A stretch of DNA of 36,485 bases from a virus (lineage: Duplodnaviria; Caudoviricetes): positions 1-36,485 of IMG/VR virus record IMGVR_UViG_3300037782_000006; one strand, written 5' to 3'. The notes under the pieces are model-generated. The model was given only the letters and a program-made list of their open reading frames with translations, was not told the origin of the DNA and did not search any database. Shown here piece by piece: positions 26,020-34,877 of this stretch (positions are counted from its first letter, which is position 1; each line of letters begins with the position of its first letter). The translations under genes were made by a program, and so were the position numbers.

Positions 26020-26808
26020 TCATATCCCGTCGCCTTTCCATATTAGGGTCAGCTCGGCGTCAACGCTGATGCTGCCCTCCTGTCCCGTGGACTTGGCGAG
26101 GAATCCTACGTCGCTCAGTGGTGGAAGATAGATGCCTCCCTTGAATGGTTGCGTGCTTGACCCTGCGATACCGTCCCATCGTTCGATGAGTCGCATGGCG
26201 TCGTACGGTGCGGCGAACGTATTGTTCTCCCGTTTGAACATCATGACAGTCATCGGCTTGTTGTTGTCGGCGTGGATGGATATGGATTCAACGATGGCAT
26301 CGTGACCAAGTGGCACGGTGTACGCTCCAATAGCTGCGACCGAGGACGGGAATAAGGCTGTTGAGTCAATAATTGCCCATGTGTTCGTACCGTCGCTGAC
26401 TGTGATTGTTCCTGCGTGGCTGGCTGCGCTCTGAGTGGCATATGTCCCTGATTCGCTCACAAGGGCCTCTGTAAGCCTCCAGAAAGCGTTTTCTGTCGAA
26501 ACTGGGGTTGTACCATTCATTGCCACCTGTTCGACGAGTACAGAGCCGTCTGCGGCCCTTCCTTTTAATATGACGCTCCTTGCGCCCGTACCATCTGCGG
26601 TGTCGTTAGCTGATGTGCTGACAACCTGCAACGTTACTGCGTTGTCTGGCAATGGCGTGCGGTACGATCCAGAGAACGAAATAACTTCGGGCTCGGTCGT
26701 GCTGACAGCTGGGTTGTAACCGAACAGCATGACCTTCGTATGTTTGGCCAGCTTCCCGCGTGCTGCCTCGAAATGGAATTCGCCTGGGACTAGATATTGT
26801 TTTTTCAT
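26020..26808 (-). CDS. Hypothetical, probably virion-associated beta-rich protein
   Basis: FGYNP.V, VSTSANDT..GTGARSV, AYTVP.G motifs; ATGA overlap with the upstream gene. Confidence 0.65.
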   Translation of the reverse strand: MKKQYLVPGEFHFEAARGKLAKHTKVMLFGYNPAVSTTEPEVISFSGSYRTPLPDNAVTLQVVSTSANDTADGTGARSVILKGRAADGSVLVEQVAMNGTTPVSTENAFWRLTEALVSESGTYATQSAASHAGTITVSDGTNTWAIIDSTALFPSSVAAIGAYTVPLGHDAIVESISIHADNNKPMTVMMFKRENNTFAAPYDAMRLIERWDGIAGSSTQPFKGGIYLPPLSDVGFLAKSTGQEGSISVDAELTLIWKGDGI

Positions 26809-27335
26809 CTTTTGATCGCTACGTTTATGAGCCGCAAAAACTCTTTCTCAAATGCTTCTCGCATCACTCCTTTAATTGACTTCATGATTCTCATCATACC
26901 GTTGGGGACGCTCATCGCCGTTATGCCCTTCGGCAATTCGCCTGGCTTCTTGCGCCTGTATGAATTCTTGTTTTTGCCTTCATCCTTCCATGCGTTGCTA
27001 ATGTGACGCGTCTTGCCTGCACTGGTCATCCTTACTGCGTTCTGACCTTTAAGCCATCGTGTGCCCTTGATCTTGTCAGCTGGTATTGGACGCCCGAAGC
27101 CAATCAATGCGCCTGCAAATGACGTTCCGTTTGCGCTGACGACCTTGATCGTTTCGCGGATTGTCTTTTGCTTGCGTGCTCCAATAAACAAAGCCAGTCG
27201 CTTGGTTGTGTACGTCCTTGAGCTACGCAACGAGTAATTGACTGCTCGGTAGGACGCCTTGTCAATGTCGCCGTTAATCTGCCCAAGCTTGCGCACGGCT
27301 GCCTTGACGTTGGGCTGTACGTTGACCGCTAGCAT
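26805..27335 (-). CDS. Tail completion protein, gpZ-like
   Basis: Basic protein with KASYRAVN and C-terminal MREAFEKEFLR; assignment by pattern only. Confidence 0.5.
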   Translation of the reverse strand: MLAVNVQPNVKAAVRKLGQINGDIDKASYRAVNYSLRSSRTYTTKRLALFIGARKQKTIRETIKVVSANGTSFAGALIGFGRPIPADKIKGTRWLKGQNAVRMTSAGKTRHISNAWKDEGKNKNSYRRKKPGELPKGITAMSVPNGMMRIMKSIKGVMREAFEKEFLRLINVAIKR

Positions 27336-27490
27336 ATCGGCTTAGCTCTCCCTCGGATGATTTGCATACCCATGTTGCTGACGGATCGGCCTTCAAGCTT
27401 GGCGCGTTCCCTTAACTTCTCCAGCTCGGTCTTTTCCATGACGATGCCGACAACCTGTTTTGTGTCCTTTAAGTTTCCTCGTGTTCCCAT
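27329..27490 (-). CDS. Ribbon-helix-helix DNA-binding protein (53 aa)
   Basis: Manual translation MGTRGNLKDTKQVVGIVMEKTELEKLRERAKLEGRSVSNMGMQIIRGRAKPIC; Arc/CopG-like pattern; below the ORF-track cutoff. Confidence 0.65.
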   Translation of the reverse strand: MGTRGNLKDTKQVVGIVMEKTELEKLRERAKLEGRSVSNMGMQIIRGRAKPIC

Positions 27491-27504
27491 GTCTGTCCTG
27501 TATG

Positions 27505-27972
27505 TCATTTTTTAGTTTTTTGCAAGCGTTTTGATTTGGTTGCCTGCTTACGCTTAGCCTGTGCGTGCGTTACGGTTTCATTCTTTTGGTCTGCATTTTT
27601 GCGCAGATTATATACGGCCATAAATTGTTGAGCGGTGCTATTACCTTGGTGCACTGCTTTTTCGGCCGTAATCACAATATCAGGTTCGTTCTTAGCCCAT
27701 GCCTGCGCTGCATTTTGACTAACTCCCCATTTCTTAAAGTCTGCAACAGTACAATCCTTGAATCCGTCCAGCAGGAAAAACTTGATCGCAATGGCGGATT
27801 TGATTGGTGGCTCCCAATTGTCGCGTTTCATGTCATGAGTCATTTTCTCGATCTGCTGACGGGTCAGTCCCGCCTGCGCGATCTGCTTGTCCTCATATTT
27901 TGCGATGATGTTATCAAGTAGCTTTGCGATGCTTCTTTTGCGTTCTGCTTCTGGTTGTTCAAATTCAATCAT
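27505..27972 (-). CDS. Hypothetical protein
   Basis: 155 aa ORF with GGAGG RBS and basic C-terminus. Confidence 0.65.
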   Translation of the reverse strand: MIEFEQPEAERKRSIAKLLDNIIAKYEDKQIAQAGLTRQQIEKMTHDMKRDNWEPPIKSAIAIKFFLLDGFKDCTVADFKKWGVSQNAAQAWAKNEPDIVITAEKAVHQGNSTAQQFMAVYNLRKNADQKNETVTHAQAKRKQATKSKRLQKTKK

Positions 27973-27993
27973 TTTTGCCTCCGTTTCAAATTT

Positions 27994-28239
27994 CAGTCCA
28001 GTCCAGTATTCCTTATAGTATTTCTGGATTACTGGACAAAGTCCCTTGGATGGGTCCTAAAACCCTCTAAAGAGGGGTTTTTAGGAACCTCCTCATCCAT
28101 CCTTGATTTAATTACTGGACAATTACTGGATTTCTGGACAACTCGCCGCCAGCCCTTTGTTTTAGCGGGTTTCATAGTCCAGAAATTCGAATTTCATTAC
28201 TGGACAAGGTGCTAATCAGCAGACCATTTCTGGACTGGA
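27994..28239. repeat. Iteron-like CTGGA repeats plus hairpin, candidate replication origin
   Basis: ATTACTGGACAA at 28028, 28111 and 28196, further T(A/T)CTGGA copies, inverted GTCCAG copies, imperfect palindrome 28056..28085. Confidence 0.55.
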
Positions 28240-30106
28240 TTATACCCTTGCTTTCGGCCTCGGATTTGAGCTCATAGAACTTGGACCGGGAAATGCCCTT
28301 TTCGGACTCCAAAAACGTCTGTAATTCCTTCGTTTTGATTCCCTTTTCAGGTATACCTTCAAGCAAATCTTCGGGTCCAAACTTGGACGGCCTGCCTGCT
28401 GCTTTCTTTAGTTTTACCTTCCCCTTGCGAACCAGTTTCCATGTCGGGTGCTGCCATGCGATTGCACGTGGTTCGGGCGGTGCAAAACTGCGAACGGTCA
28501 TTTCCATTGCAAACACTGGTATCTGTTCGTCGCTTTCCTCGGCCTCGGTCAGTACGATGAGCGCATCGGGATCGCGTGCAAATACCCCTGAGCCCGAAAA
28601 GCGGTCAATGGCGTCCTTGCCTGCTGCGTTGCCCTTGGCAAAGTGGTGCGTCATGGCCAGCGATGCGTTTGCTTCCCGTACGATGCTTTCCATCTCGGCG
28701 AGCACAACTGCAATCTCCTCGGCGCTGTTTTCGACCGCTCCACCTGCAATGCGGTAAAACGGGTCAAGAATGATGAGCCCGACGTCATACTTTCGGCAGT
28801 AATCAATCATCTGGCCCTTAATGCGTTGCAGGGTCACGGCATAGCCTCGGAGTGTCCACATATGCAGATCGGCAATGTCCCAGAATCCTGTTGCCTTGCT
28901 AACGCTTTCAACCCGGTTCAGTGCGTCGGCTGGCAACAGCTCAAGGTCAACGTAAAGGACTGGGTGCCTATGACATTGAAAGCCCAGCCAGTCGCCGCCG
29001 TTGGACATGGCCAGCGCCAAGTGATTAAGCAACCATGTCTTGCGGGCCTTTGACGGTGCGCCGATCAGCATCTTGCCGCCGCGATAGAGCAAACCGTCAA
29101 TGACAACTTCAGGCATGACCTTTTCCTCGTCCGTAAACGTGTTAAATGGCCTTGGCGGTGGTATGCCTGCCTCCATGCGTGTAAACGCCTCCTGTAAGCT
29201 CTCACGTGCCCTTTCGACCGTGTTTGTCGGCTTGTCACCGTACCCGCGGGCAGCTAAGTCCTTTGCCGCTGCTGCAAAGTCACCGCCGTGTTGAAGAATG
29301 GCAAAAACTGCAAACGGTGAGTAGGCCTTGCCCGCCTCGAGGGGATGAGCAGATGAGGAAAAGACGTAGAAGCGATTCGGTATCTTGTCCCATGTTGCGC
29401 TGATCCCGTTTCGCTTACCAGGTCGGCGCCAGTAATTGACGCTCTTTACCGTTTCCCAGTCGTGAGCCCGCAACAGGTCAAAAAATGCTGATGTGTCCCG
29501 ATCGTACGCATCCCCTGGACGTTCCCCATCCATGGACGGACGTGAAACAACTTCAACGGCCTGTATGCCTTCATCAAATGCTCTGGCGTTGGTCAGCAGT
29601 GCGTCAATGTCGCTTGCGTCTAAAGTCGGGATGTCGGTCAAATCGCCGTCAAGCTCGTATCCGTCTGACGGTGCAATAAGGACATACCCGCCTTTGCCTC
29701 GCGTTTCAATCAGAACCTCGCCGAGACTGTTCCGTGCCAGAATCGTATTGCCAACTGGATTTGACGTACGGAAGAAGTAATGCCGCCCGCCGCTGGGACT
29801 GGTCTGTATTGGAAGCTCGGCCAGAATGTCGCCCATACCCGTTGCATAGGCAAAGTTCTCAAACGCTTCCAGGTGCTCATCAGACCCGTCTGCCGGGATG
29901 TCCAAGTCCAGACATTGAACGGTCCCGCATACCAGTGCGATGCCGTGAGCGGATGCAAACCACTGGTCAATCTCGGCATCTGTTGGAACACGGTCTTGCA
30001 ATGGTTGCCATTTAATTGCTGGCCGTTTCGTGGTCAGGTCTGCAATCGGTACGGTGCTGATGCCAAGCTTGGCAAGGTTGCGTGCGGTATTCTTTAACGC
30101 ATCCAT
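28172..30106 (-). CDS. Bifunctional primase/polymerase fused to AAA_25 (RecA-like) helicase
   Basis: CLDLD, TSPSGGRHYFF, IETRGKGGYVLIAPS; Walker A GAPSKARKT; LYVDLE, IILDP, HHFAKG, SGSG. Confidence 0.9.
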   Translation of the reverse strand: MDALKNTARNLAKLGISTVPIADLTTKRPAIKWQPLQDRVPTDAEIDQWFASAHGIALVCGTVQCLDLDIPADGSDEHLEAFENFAYATGMGDILAELPIQTSPSGGRHYFFRTSNPVGNTILARNSLGEVLIETRGKGGYVLIAPSDGYELDGDLTDIPTLDASDIDALLTNARAFDEGIQAVEVVSRPSMDGERPGDAYDRDTSAFFDLLRAHDWETVKSVNYWRRPGKRNGISATWDKIPNRFYVFSSSAHPLEAGKAYSPFAVFAILQHGGDFAAAAKDLAARGYGDKPTNTVERARESLQEAFTRMEAGIPPPRPFNTFTDEEKVMPEVVIDGLLYRGGKMLIGAPSKARKTWLLNHLALAMSNGGDWLGFQCHRHPVLYVDLELLPADALNRVESVSKATGFWDIADLHMWTLRGYAVTLQRIKGQMIDYCRKYDVGLIILDPFYRIAGGAVENSAEEIAVVLAEMESIVREANASLAMTHHFAKGNAAGKDAIDRFSGSGVFARDPDALIVLTEAEESDEQIPVFAMEMTVRSFAPPEPRAIAWQHPTWKLVRKGKVKLKKAAGRPSKFGPEDLLEGIPEKGIKTKELQTFLESEKGISRSKFYELKSEAESKGIIQSRNGLLISTLSSNEIRISGL

Positions 30107-31452
30107 TCAGGTAAGCTCCCTTGTGTTTGCGGATTGTAATCGACCTTCACCTCGGACGTCTTGGCATTGCTAAAAATTGCGTGCTTCATGTGCTCTTTCA
30201 TAGTGTCGTGGTCAGTGCTCTTGCGCTCAATCGTTCGCCATACCTGAATCTCGGCGTCAGTAATAACGACATGGACATTGACAGGTTTCTTTTGACCGAA
30301 TCGCCATGACCGTCGGACGGCTTGGTAGAATTGCTCATATGAATAAGAAATGGACGCAAATGCTATGTCGTTGCAGTGTTGCCAATTCATCCCAAATCCG
30401 CATATGGAACTCTTACTAACGATAACCCTAGCCTTTCCGTGAGTAAATGCCATGAGCCTCTCCTCTTTTTGGTCTGGCGTATTTGAGCCCCTGACCTCAA
30501 CTGCATCGGGAATCATGCGTGCCAGCATCTCGCTTTCATCGTTGGATTCGCACCATACGATCCACGGCCGATCATTTGAATTGACCAGTCCAGCCACGAA
30601 GTCGCAGCGATCTTCAAGCGATTCACGACGTTTCCTGTGAAGCGATGTGGCATTGACCTCTGGCATATCAAACAGCAGACCCTCATCGAATGCGGTTTTT
30701 GTTTCGGTTTCGATCTTGTGCGTCTTAATATTAAGCGGTGGCAAATTGTAGCCATCGTCAGAATATCCCAAGTCGGATGGCCTTGACACACAGGCCGCCC
30801 AAGATGCCACCCATTCCCAAAAGCTCTGCACTGCGTGACCCTTCAATCTCCAGTCCGCAGTGTTGGCAGAATCGTGGACAAACCAACGAGTGAGCATTTC
30901 ATTTGTATTCATAATCCCGAGAAACTCAGAATGATTGCCAAGTTCCTTGTAATCGTTCGGCGCTGGTGTCGCAGTGCAAGCCAATCGGTAAGGCGTCCAT
31001 GCAAACAGATTGCAGAGCATATCCTTTGTCTTGCTGTTCATTCCTTTAAGAATTGAGCTTTCATCCAGTACAACGCCAGCAAATCTGCTTGTGTCAAAAT
31101 TCTCCACTCGCTCGTAATTTGTAATCGTAACCTTACCTTCAACGCTTCCATCCTTTGAGTATCTAATTGGCAGACCAATCAGCTTTTCAGCCTCCTCGAT
31201 TGTCTGGTATGCAACCGCAAGCGGTGCGATAATCAAAACATCTCCAGGAATATGACGTGCCCACTCAGTCTGAATAATGGTCTTGCCTAGTCCTGTATCA
31301 AGGAAAGCTGCTCCACGTCCAACCTGCAAAAGATATTGAAGGCAGCGACGTTGAAACGGGAAAAGCGATTCACTGATGGATTTTGGAAATATCGGATCGG
31401 CCTTAAAACCCAGATCCTTTTTGCGTGCCAGCAAATCAAAATAGTTGCTCAT
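30094..31452 (-). CDS. SNF2-like superfamily 2 helicase
   Basis: DTGLGKT, LDESSILK, TATPAPND, GFGMNWQ, QAVRRSWRFGQ; start trimmed to MSNYF. Confidence 0.9.
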   Translation of the reverse strand: MSNYFDLLARKKDLGFKADPIFPKSISESLFPFQRRCLQYLLQVGRGAAFLDTGLGKTIIQTEWARHIPGDVLIIAPLAVAYQTIEEAEKLIGLPIRYSKDGSVEGKVTITNYERVENFDTSRFAGVVLDESSILKGMNSKTKDMLCNLFAWTPYRLACTATPAPNDYKELGNHSEFLGIMNTNEMLTRWFVHDSANTADWRLKGHAVQSFWEWVASWAACVSRPSDLGYSDDGYNLPPLNIKTHKIETETKTAFDEGLLFDMPEVNATSLHRKRRESLEDRCDFVAGLVNSNDRPWIVWCESNDESEMLARMIPDAVEVRGSNTPDQKEERLMAFTHGKARVIVSKSSICGFGMNWQHCNDIAFASISYSYEQFYQAVRRSWRFGQKKPVNVHVVITDAEIQVWRTIERKSTDHDTMKEHMKHAIFSNAKTSEVKVDYNPQTQGSLPEWMR

Positions 31453-32305
31453 TGCTTGCCTCTGCATAGGTTAAATTATCACAAGCCTGTTTCCAATAGC
31501 TTTGCTTGAGTTCCGTTCCAATGAAGCGACGTCCATGCTTTACGGATTCATATCCTTCAGATCCTATCCCTGCAAACGGACTGAATACGACATCGCCTAT
31601 ATTCGACCACATGACAAGGCAGCGGTAAATCACATCAAGTTGAAGCGGACAGATATGGCGTTCGTCCTTTTCATCCCGTGCATGGCGTCCATTTAGTACG
31701 TTAGTTTGATTGATGTCCATCCATACGGGTGAGGCCCATTTCTGCCATTGATCGACGGGAAAGCTCTCATTGGTGTGTTGGACTGGATTGTCATTGTCAC
31801 CAGGTTTCACAAAGATAAGTAAGTAATCAGGGTTCCCCATGCGTGACCGTGTAGAATCCTTTTTGAGCTGCTTATGCAAAAGTCCAAGTGCCTTGGTTCG
31901 TTGCATTTCGACAACTGGATCTTTCCAAATCGTAATTCGGCAATGGAATATCCATCCCTCTTTATTATGCGCACGAATGATCTCCCCACTAAAGTCGCGC
32001 CTGCCAATGTAACCGTGCATGGCCTTTGATGATGGCAAATCCATGCAATGCACGCAGCTTATTCGACCTGGCTTCGTGATTCGGATGTTCTCCTTGATGA
32101 GATACTGATATTGTTCAAAGAATTCATCGTCGTCCTTACAGTTGCCCATATCTGCGACGCTGTCCGAATAGGTGTAAAGCGATGCAAACGGTGGCGAGTA
32201 TATGGACAAGTCAATGCAATTGTCTGGCAGTTGTTGAGAGATGGCGACGCAATCGCCATGATACATGGTCCAGTTGGACCCGTGTTTTTCGTTTAGACAT
32301 TTCAT
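31436..32305 (-). CDS. DNA amino-methyltransferase (N4-C/N6-A, beta class)
   Basis: Catalytic SPPF precedes HICPLQ and SAM-binding PFAGIGS. Confidence 0.9.
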   Translation of the reverse strand: MKCLNEKHGSNWTMYHGDCVAISQQLPDNCIDLSIYSPPFASLYTYSDSVADMGNCKDDDEFFEQYQYLIKENIRITKPGRISCVHCMDLPSSKAMHGYIGRRDFSGEIIRAHNKEGWIFHCRITIWKDPVVEMQRTKALGLLHKQLKKDSTRSRMGNPDYLLIFVKPGDNDNPVQHTNESFPVDQWQKWASPVWMDINQTNVLNGRHARDEKDERHICPLQLDVIYRCLVMWSNIGDVVFSPFAGIGSEGYESVKHGRRFIGTELKQSYWKQACDNLTYAEASNEQLF

Positions 32306-32309
32306 GTTT

Positions 32310-33410
32310 TTATTGTTGGTATTTCAGTTTCGTATAAATTGCCCGCCGCTTGTATGCCTGCGCTCTGAGCATCGGGTCAAACGTGTCCCGAAAGTCATAA
32401 ATAATCCCTCGCTCCTTGCCTGCATACGGACGCAGTACCCGACCCGTACGCTGCTCGAGCTTGGTTGCGGATCGGCCAGCATTGGCGATTATGAGGACTT
32501 CGGCGCAAGGTACGTCAAGCCCTTCGTCCGCCAAGGTTGTTGCAATTAGGATTGGTAGCTCACCAGACTTAAACAGCTCAATGACTCGTCGCCGTTTAGC
32601 TTTACCCATCTTTGAATGGCAGAGCTCCGAGTATAACAACTGATCGCGCAAATCTTTCCCGTACTCAATTTTTGAGACGAGTATGAGGACGGATTTGTCC
32701 CCTTCTCGCAATGCAGTGTCAATAATTGCCTGTGTGCGCTTGTGGTTCTCGCAAAGCCCGATTTTCGCCGCTGATTGCCAATGACATTTGCGCTCCTGCT
32801 CGACGGCTCCATCTCCGTAAAACAGGAATGGGTAACGTCGCTTTCGCTGCTCAAATAGGTCGTTTTTGTGTTCTATAATTCGCGCACAGACGTCCTCGTC
32901 GTACGCATCCAGCCATCGAACCTGAGCTTTAGTTAGGTGGCCGTCCTCAACGAGCCGGTCGCGTTTAATCTCGAACACGGGACCAAACATTTCGCGCAAA
33001 GCCTTATTGCGGTCCTCGTCGCGGTCAAATGGTGTCGCTGTAAAGCCCCATCGCCATTGCGTTGAAAGCTCAATCTGATCTGCCCAAGTTGGCGCTGGTG
33101 CGTGGTGACATTCGTCAACGATGAGTAGGTCGGCATTGATTGTGTCCAGCTTAGACGCAGCGCAACCGATTTGCAGGCTGGTCCGTGACCCAATGTCAAA
33201 CGTATCCATCGCTGCTTGGATCTGCTGGCATTGTTCGACGGTATTTGCCATGACGACAATGCGATCAATTCCAATTGCCTCATCAATTAGCCTGTCGGCT
33301 GCTGCTGCCATCATGACCGTCTTACCCGATCCTGCAGGCGCATGAACCATTCCGCGATAATTGTAAATGAGAAAGTCAACGGCTTGCTTTTGGTATTCGC
33401 GCAGGTTCAT
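32310..33410 (-). CDS. DEAH-type superfamily 2 helicase
   Basis: LREYQ, APAGSGKT, DECHH, TATP, EGLDVP, QRTGRVLR. Confidence 0.93.
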   Translation of the reverse strand: MNLREYQKQAVDFLIYNYRGMVHAPAGSGKTVMMAAAADRLIDEAIGIDRIVVMANTVEQCQQIQAAMDTFDIGSRTSLQIGCAASKLDTINADLLIVDECHHAPAPTWADQIELSTQWRWGFTATPFDRDEDRNKALREMFGPVFEIKRDRLVEDGHLTKAQVRWLDAYDEDVCARIIEHKNDLFEQRKRRYPFLFYGDGAVEQERKCHWQSAAKIGLCENHKRTQAIIDTALREGDKSVLILVSKIEYGKDLRDQLLYSELCHSKMGKAKRRRVIELFKSGELPILIATTLADEGLDVPCAEVLIIANAGRSATKLEQRTGRVLRPYAGKERGIIYDFRDTFDPMLRAQAYKRRAIYTKLKYQQ

Positions 33411-33685
33411 GCCTCCTCCTCAATTTTCCACGAATAGCAGAGCATAAAAGTTGCAACTTCCCATTCAATTTTCCTCGTGCTCCATTTGGTATGCTTGCGG
33501 ATATAAGCCTGCGCCCATCGCTTGAAGTCGTCGCTTTCTTCCTGCGTCCAAGTTTTGCGCGTGTACCATGCAACATCGTCCTCCTTTTGGTACTCAAGTA
33601 TAGCGTCCCAGTTGCGCCATTTAATGCCGACGCGGTTGCCCATCTCAATGAGCAAATCAGTTAGTAATTGTTGATCGTTGATCAT
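33407..33685 (-). CDS. Hypothetical protein
   Basis: 92 aa ORF coupled to both neighbours. Confidence 0.65.
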   Translation of the reverse strand: MINDQQLLTDLLIEMGNRVGIKWRNWDAILEYQKEDDVAWYTRKTWTQEESDDFKRWAQAYIRKHTKWSTRKIEWEVATFMLCYSWKIEEEA

Positions 33686-34014
33686 TAGTCGCGTACGTTA
33701 ACCAATTCTCCGGCAATGTAATCGTACTCCTTTTGAGTACCAAACTCCCAGACGCCGGGTTCAAGCTCAATGCTGCTGTGTCGTTCAGCGATGACGCATC
33801 GGATCTGAGTGGGAACCTCATTTTGCATGAAGGTTACGCCCTCGGCCTCATAGAAGGTAACGCCAGCGGGTGCGTCAACAACGTGGTGGTTGCCGGTCAC
33901 TTCTGAATCGGCAACGATCTTGTAAGAGCCTACCACCTTGGTGGGAAGCGCGTTAGCAGGGAGCGAGGATCGGAATGCGATGCACTCGCCGTGTAGTATG
34001 CATTTATTTTTCAT
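33685..34014 (-). CDS. His-rich small protein typical of DUF6745 partner genes
   Basis: HGE, SEVTGNHH, H..I.LEPG.W....QKEY......V.D pattern; start trimmed to MKNK. Confidence 0.7.
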   Translation of the reverse strand: MKNKCILHGECIAFRSSLPANALPTKVVGSYKIVADSEVTGNHHVVDAPAGVTFYEAEGVTFMQNEVPTQIRCVIAERHSSIELEPGVWEFGTQKEYDYIAGELVNVRD

Positions 34015-34273
34015 AGGTAAAATCATTCATAAAGTTTTCGACGGAATTGCGAACGGAATCCCGAACGGAAACCTTAAACGGAATCCCGAATGTTCTCATA
34101 GAATTATCAATGGAAACCCAAACTGTAACATAAGCAGAATCCCTAATAGCATCCCAAGGGGAATTATAAACGGAATTTCTAATACATTTTGACATATAGT
34201 TATATACGGAATCTTTAACGGAATCCCAAACGGAATCCCGAACTGAATCCCTAACTTTATCTTCAATACTCAT
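34004..34273 (-). CDS. SVxD-repeat mini-protein, copy 5 (89 aa, diverged)
   Basis: MSIEDKVRDSVRDSVWDSV...; overlaps copy 4 by ATGAGTATTGA. Confidence 0.6.
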   Translation of the reverse strand: MSIEDKVRDSVRDSVWDSVKDSVYNYMSKCIRNSVYNSPWDAIRDSAYVTVWVSIDNSMRTFGIPFKVSVRDSVRNSVENFMNDFTYEK

Positions 34274-34457
34274 AGTCTTTCATAAAGGTTTCAACGGCAT
34301 ACCGAACGGAATTATAAACGGAACCTCTAACGGAAACTCTAACGGAATCCCGAACGGGACCCCGAACGGAATCCCAAACAAAATTCCAAACGGAATCCCA
34401 AACTGAATCGTAAACGGAATCATAAACTGAATCCCTAACTCTATCTTCAATACTCAT
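34263..34457 (-). CDS. SVxD-repeat mini-protein, copy 4 (64 aa)
   Basis: MSIEDRVRDSVYDSVYDSVWDSV...FMKDYEY. Confidence 0.6.
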   Translation of the reverse strand: MSIEDRVRDSVYDSVYDSVWDSVWNFVWDSVRGPVRDSVRVSVRGSVYNSVRYAVETFMKDYEY

Positions 34458-34533
34458 AATCTTCCATAAAAGTTCTGACGGAAACCCCAACGGAACCCCT
34501 AACAGAGTCCCTAACTGTATCTTTAATACTCAT
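34447..34533 (-). CDS. SVxD-repeat mini-protein, copy 3 (28 aa)
   Basis: Manual translation MSIKDTVRDSVRGSVGVSVRTFMEDYEY. Confidence 0.5.
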   Translation of the reverse strand: MSIKDTVRDSVRGSVGVSVRTFMEDYEY

Positions 34534-34741
34534 AGTCGTTCATAAAGGATTTAACGGAATTATCAACGGAATTCCAAACGGACTTCCTGACAAAACCCCG
34601 AACGGAATACTCAACGGAACCCCCGGCGGAATCCCAAACGGAATCCCAAACGGAACCTCTAACGGAAACATAAACTGAATCACAAACGGAACCTCTAACG
34701 GAATCATAAACTGAATCCCTAACTTTATCTTCAATACTCAT
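34523..34741 (-). CDS. SVxD-repeat mini-protein, copy 2 (72 aa)
   Basis: MSIEDKVRDSVYDSVRGSV...FMNDYEY. Confidence 0.6.
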   Translation of the reverse strand: MSIEDKVRDSVYDSVRGSVCDSVYVSVRGSVWDSVWDSAGGSVEYSVRGFVRKSVWNSVDNSVKSFMNDYEY

Positions 34742-34877
34742 AATCTTCCATAAAGGTTTCGACAGAATTGCGAGCGGAATTCCAAACAGAATCCCAAACG
34801 GAATCGTAAACGGAATCCCAAGTGGAATGATAAACGGAACCCCAAGCGGACTCCCTGACTTTATCTTCAATGCTCAT
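34731..34877 (-). CDS. SVxD-repeat mini-protein, copy 1 (48 aa)
   Basis: Manual translation MSIEDKVRESAWGSVYHSTWDSVYDSVWDSVWNSARNSVETFMEDYEY; ATGA overlap with the upstream gene. Confidence 0.6.
   Translation of the reverse strand: MSIEDKVRESAWGSVYHSTWDSVYDSVWDSVWNSARNSVETFMEDYEY

Noticed and set aside
25826-26041. 71-aa ORF
   Set aside because: Low-complexity GC-rich translation with no motif; the region more likely has a cis-acting role
34004-34877. Second guide-RNA array
   Set aside because: The period is 12 nt, length changes keep the reading frame, and each block has its own start and stop; it behaves as coding sequence
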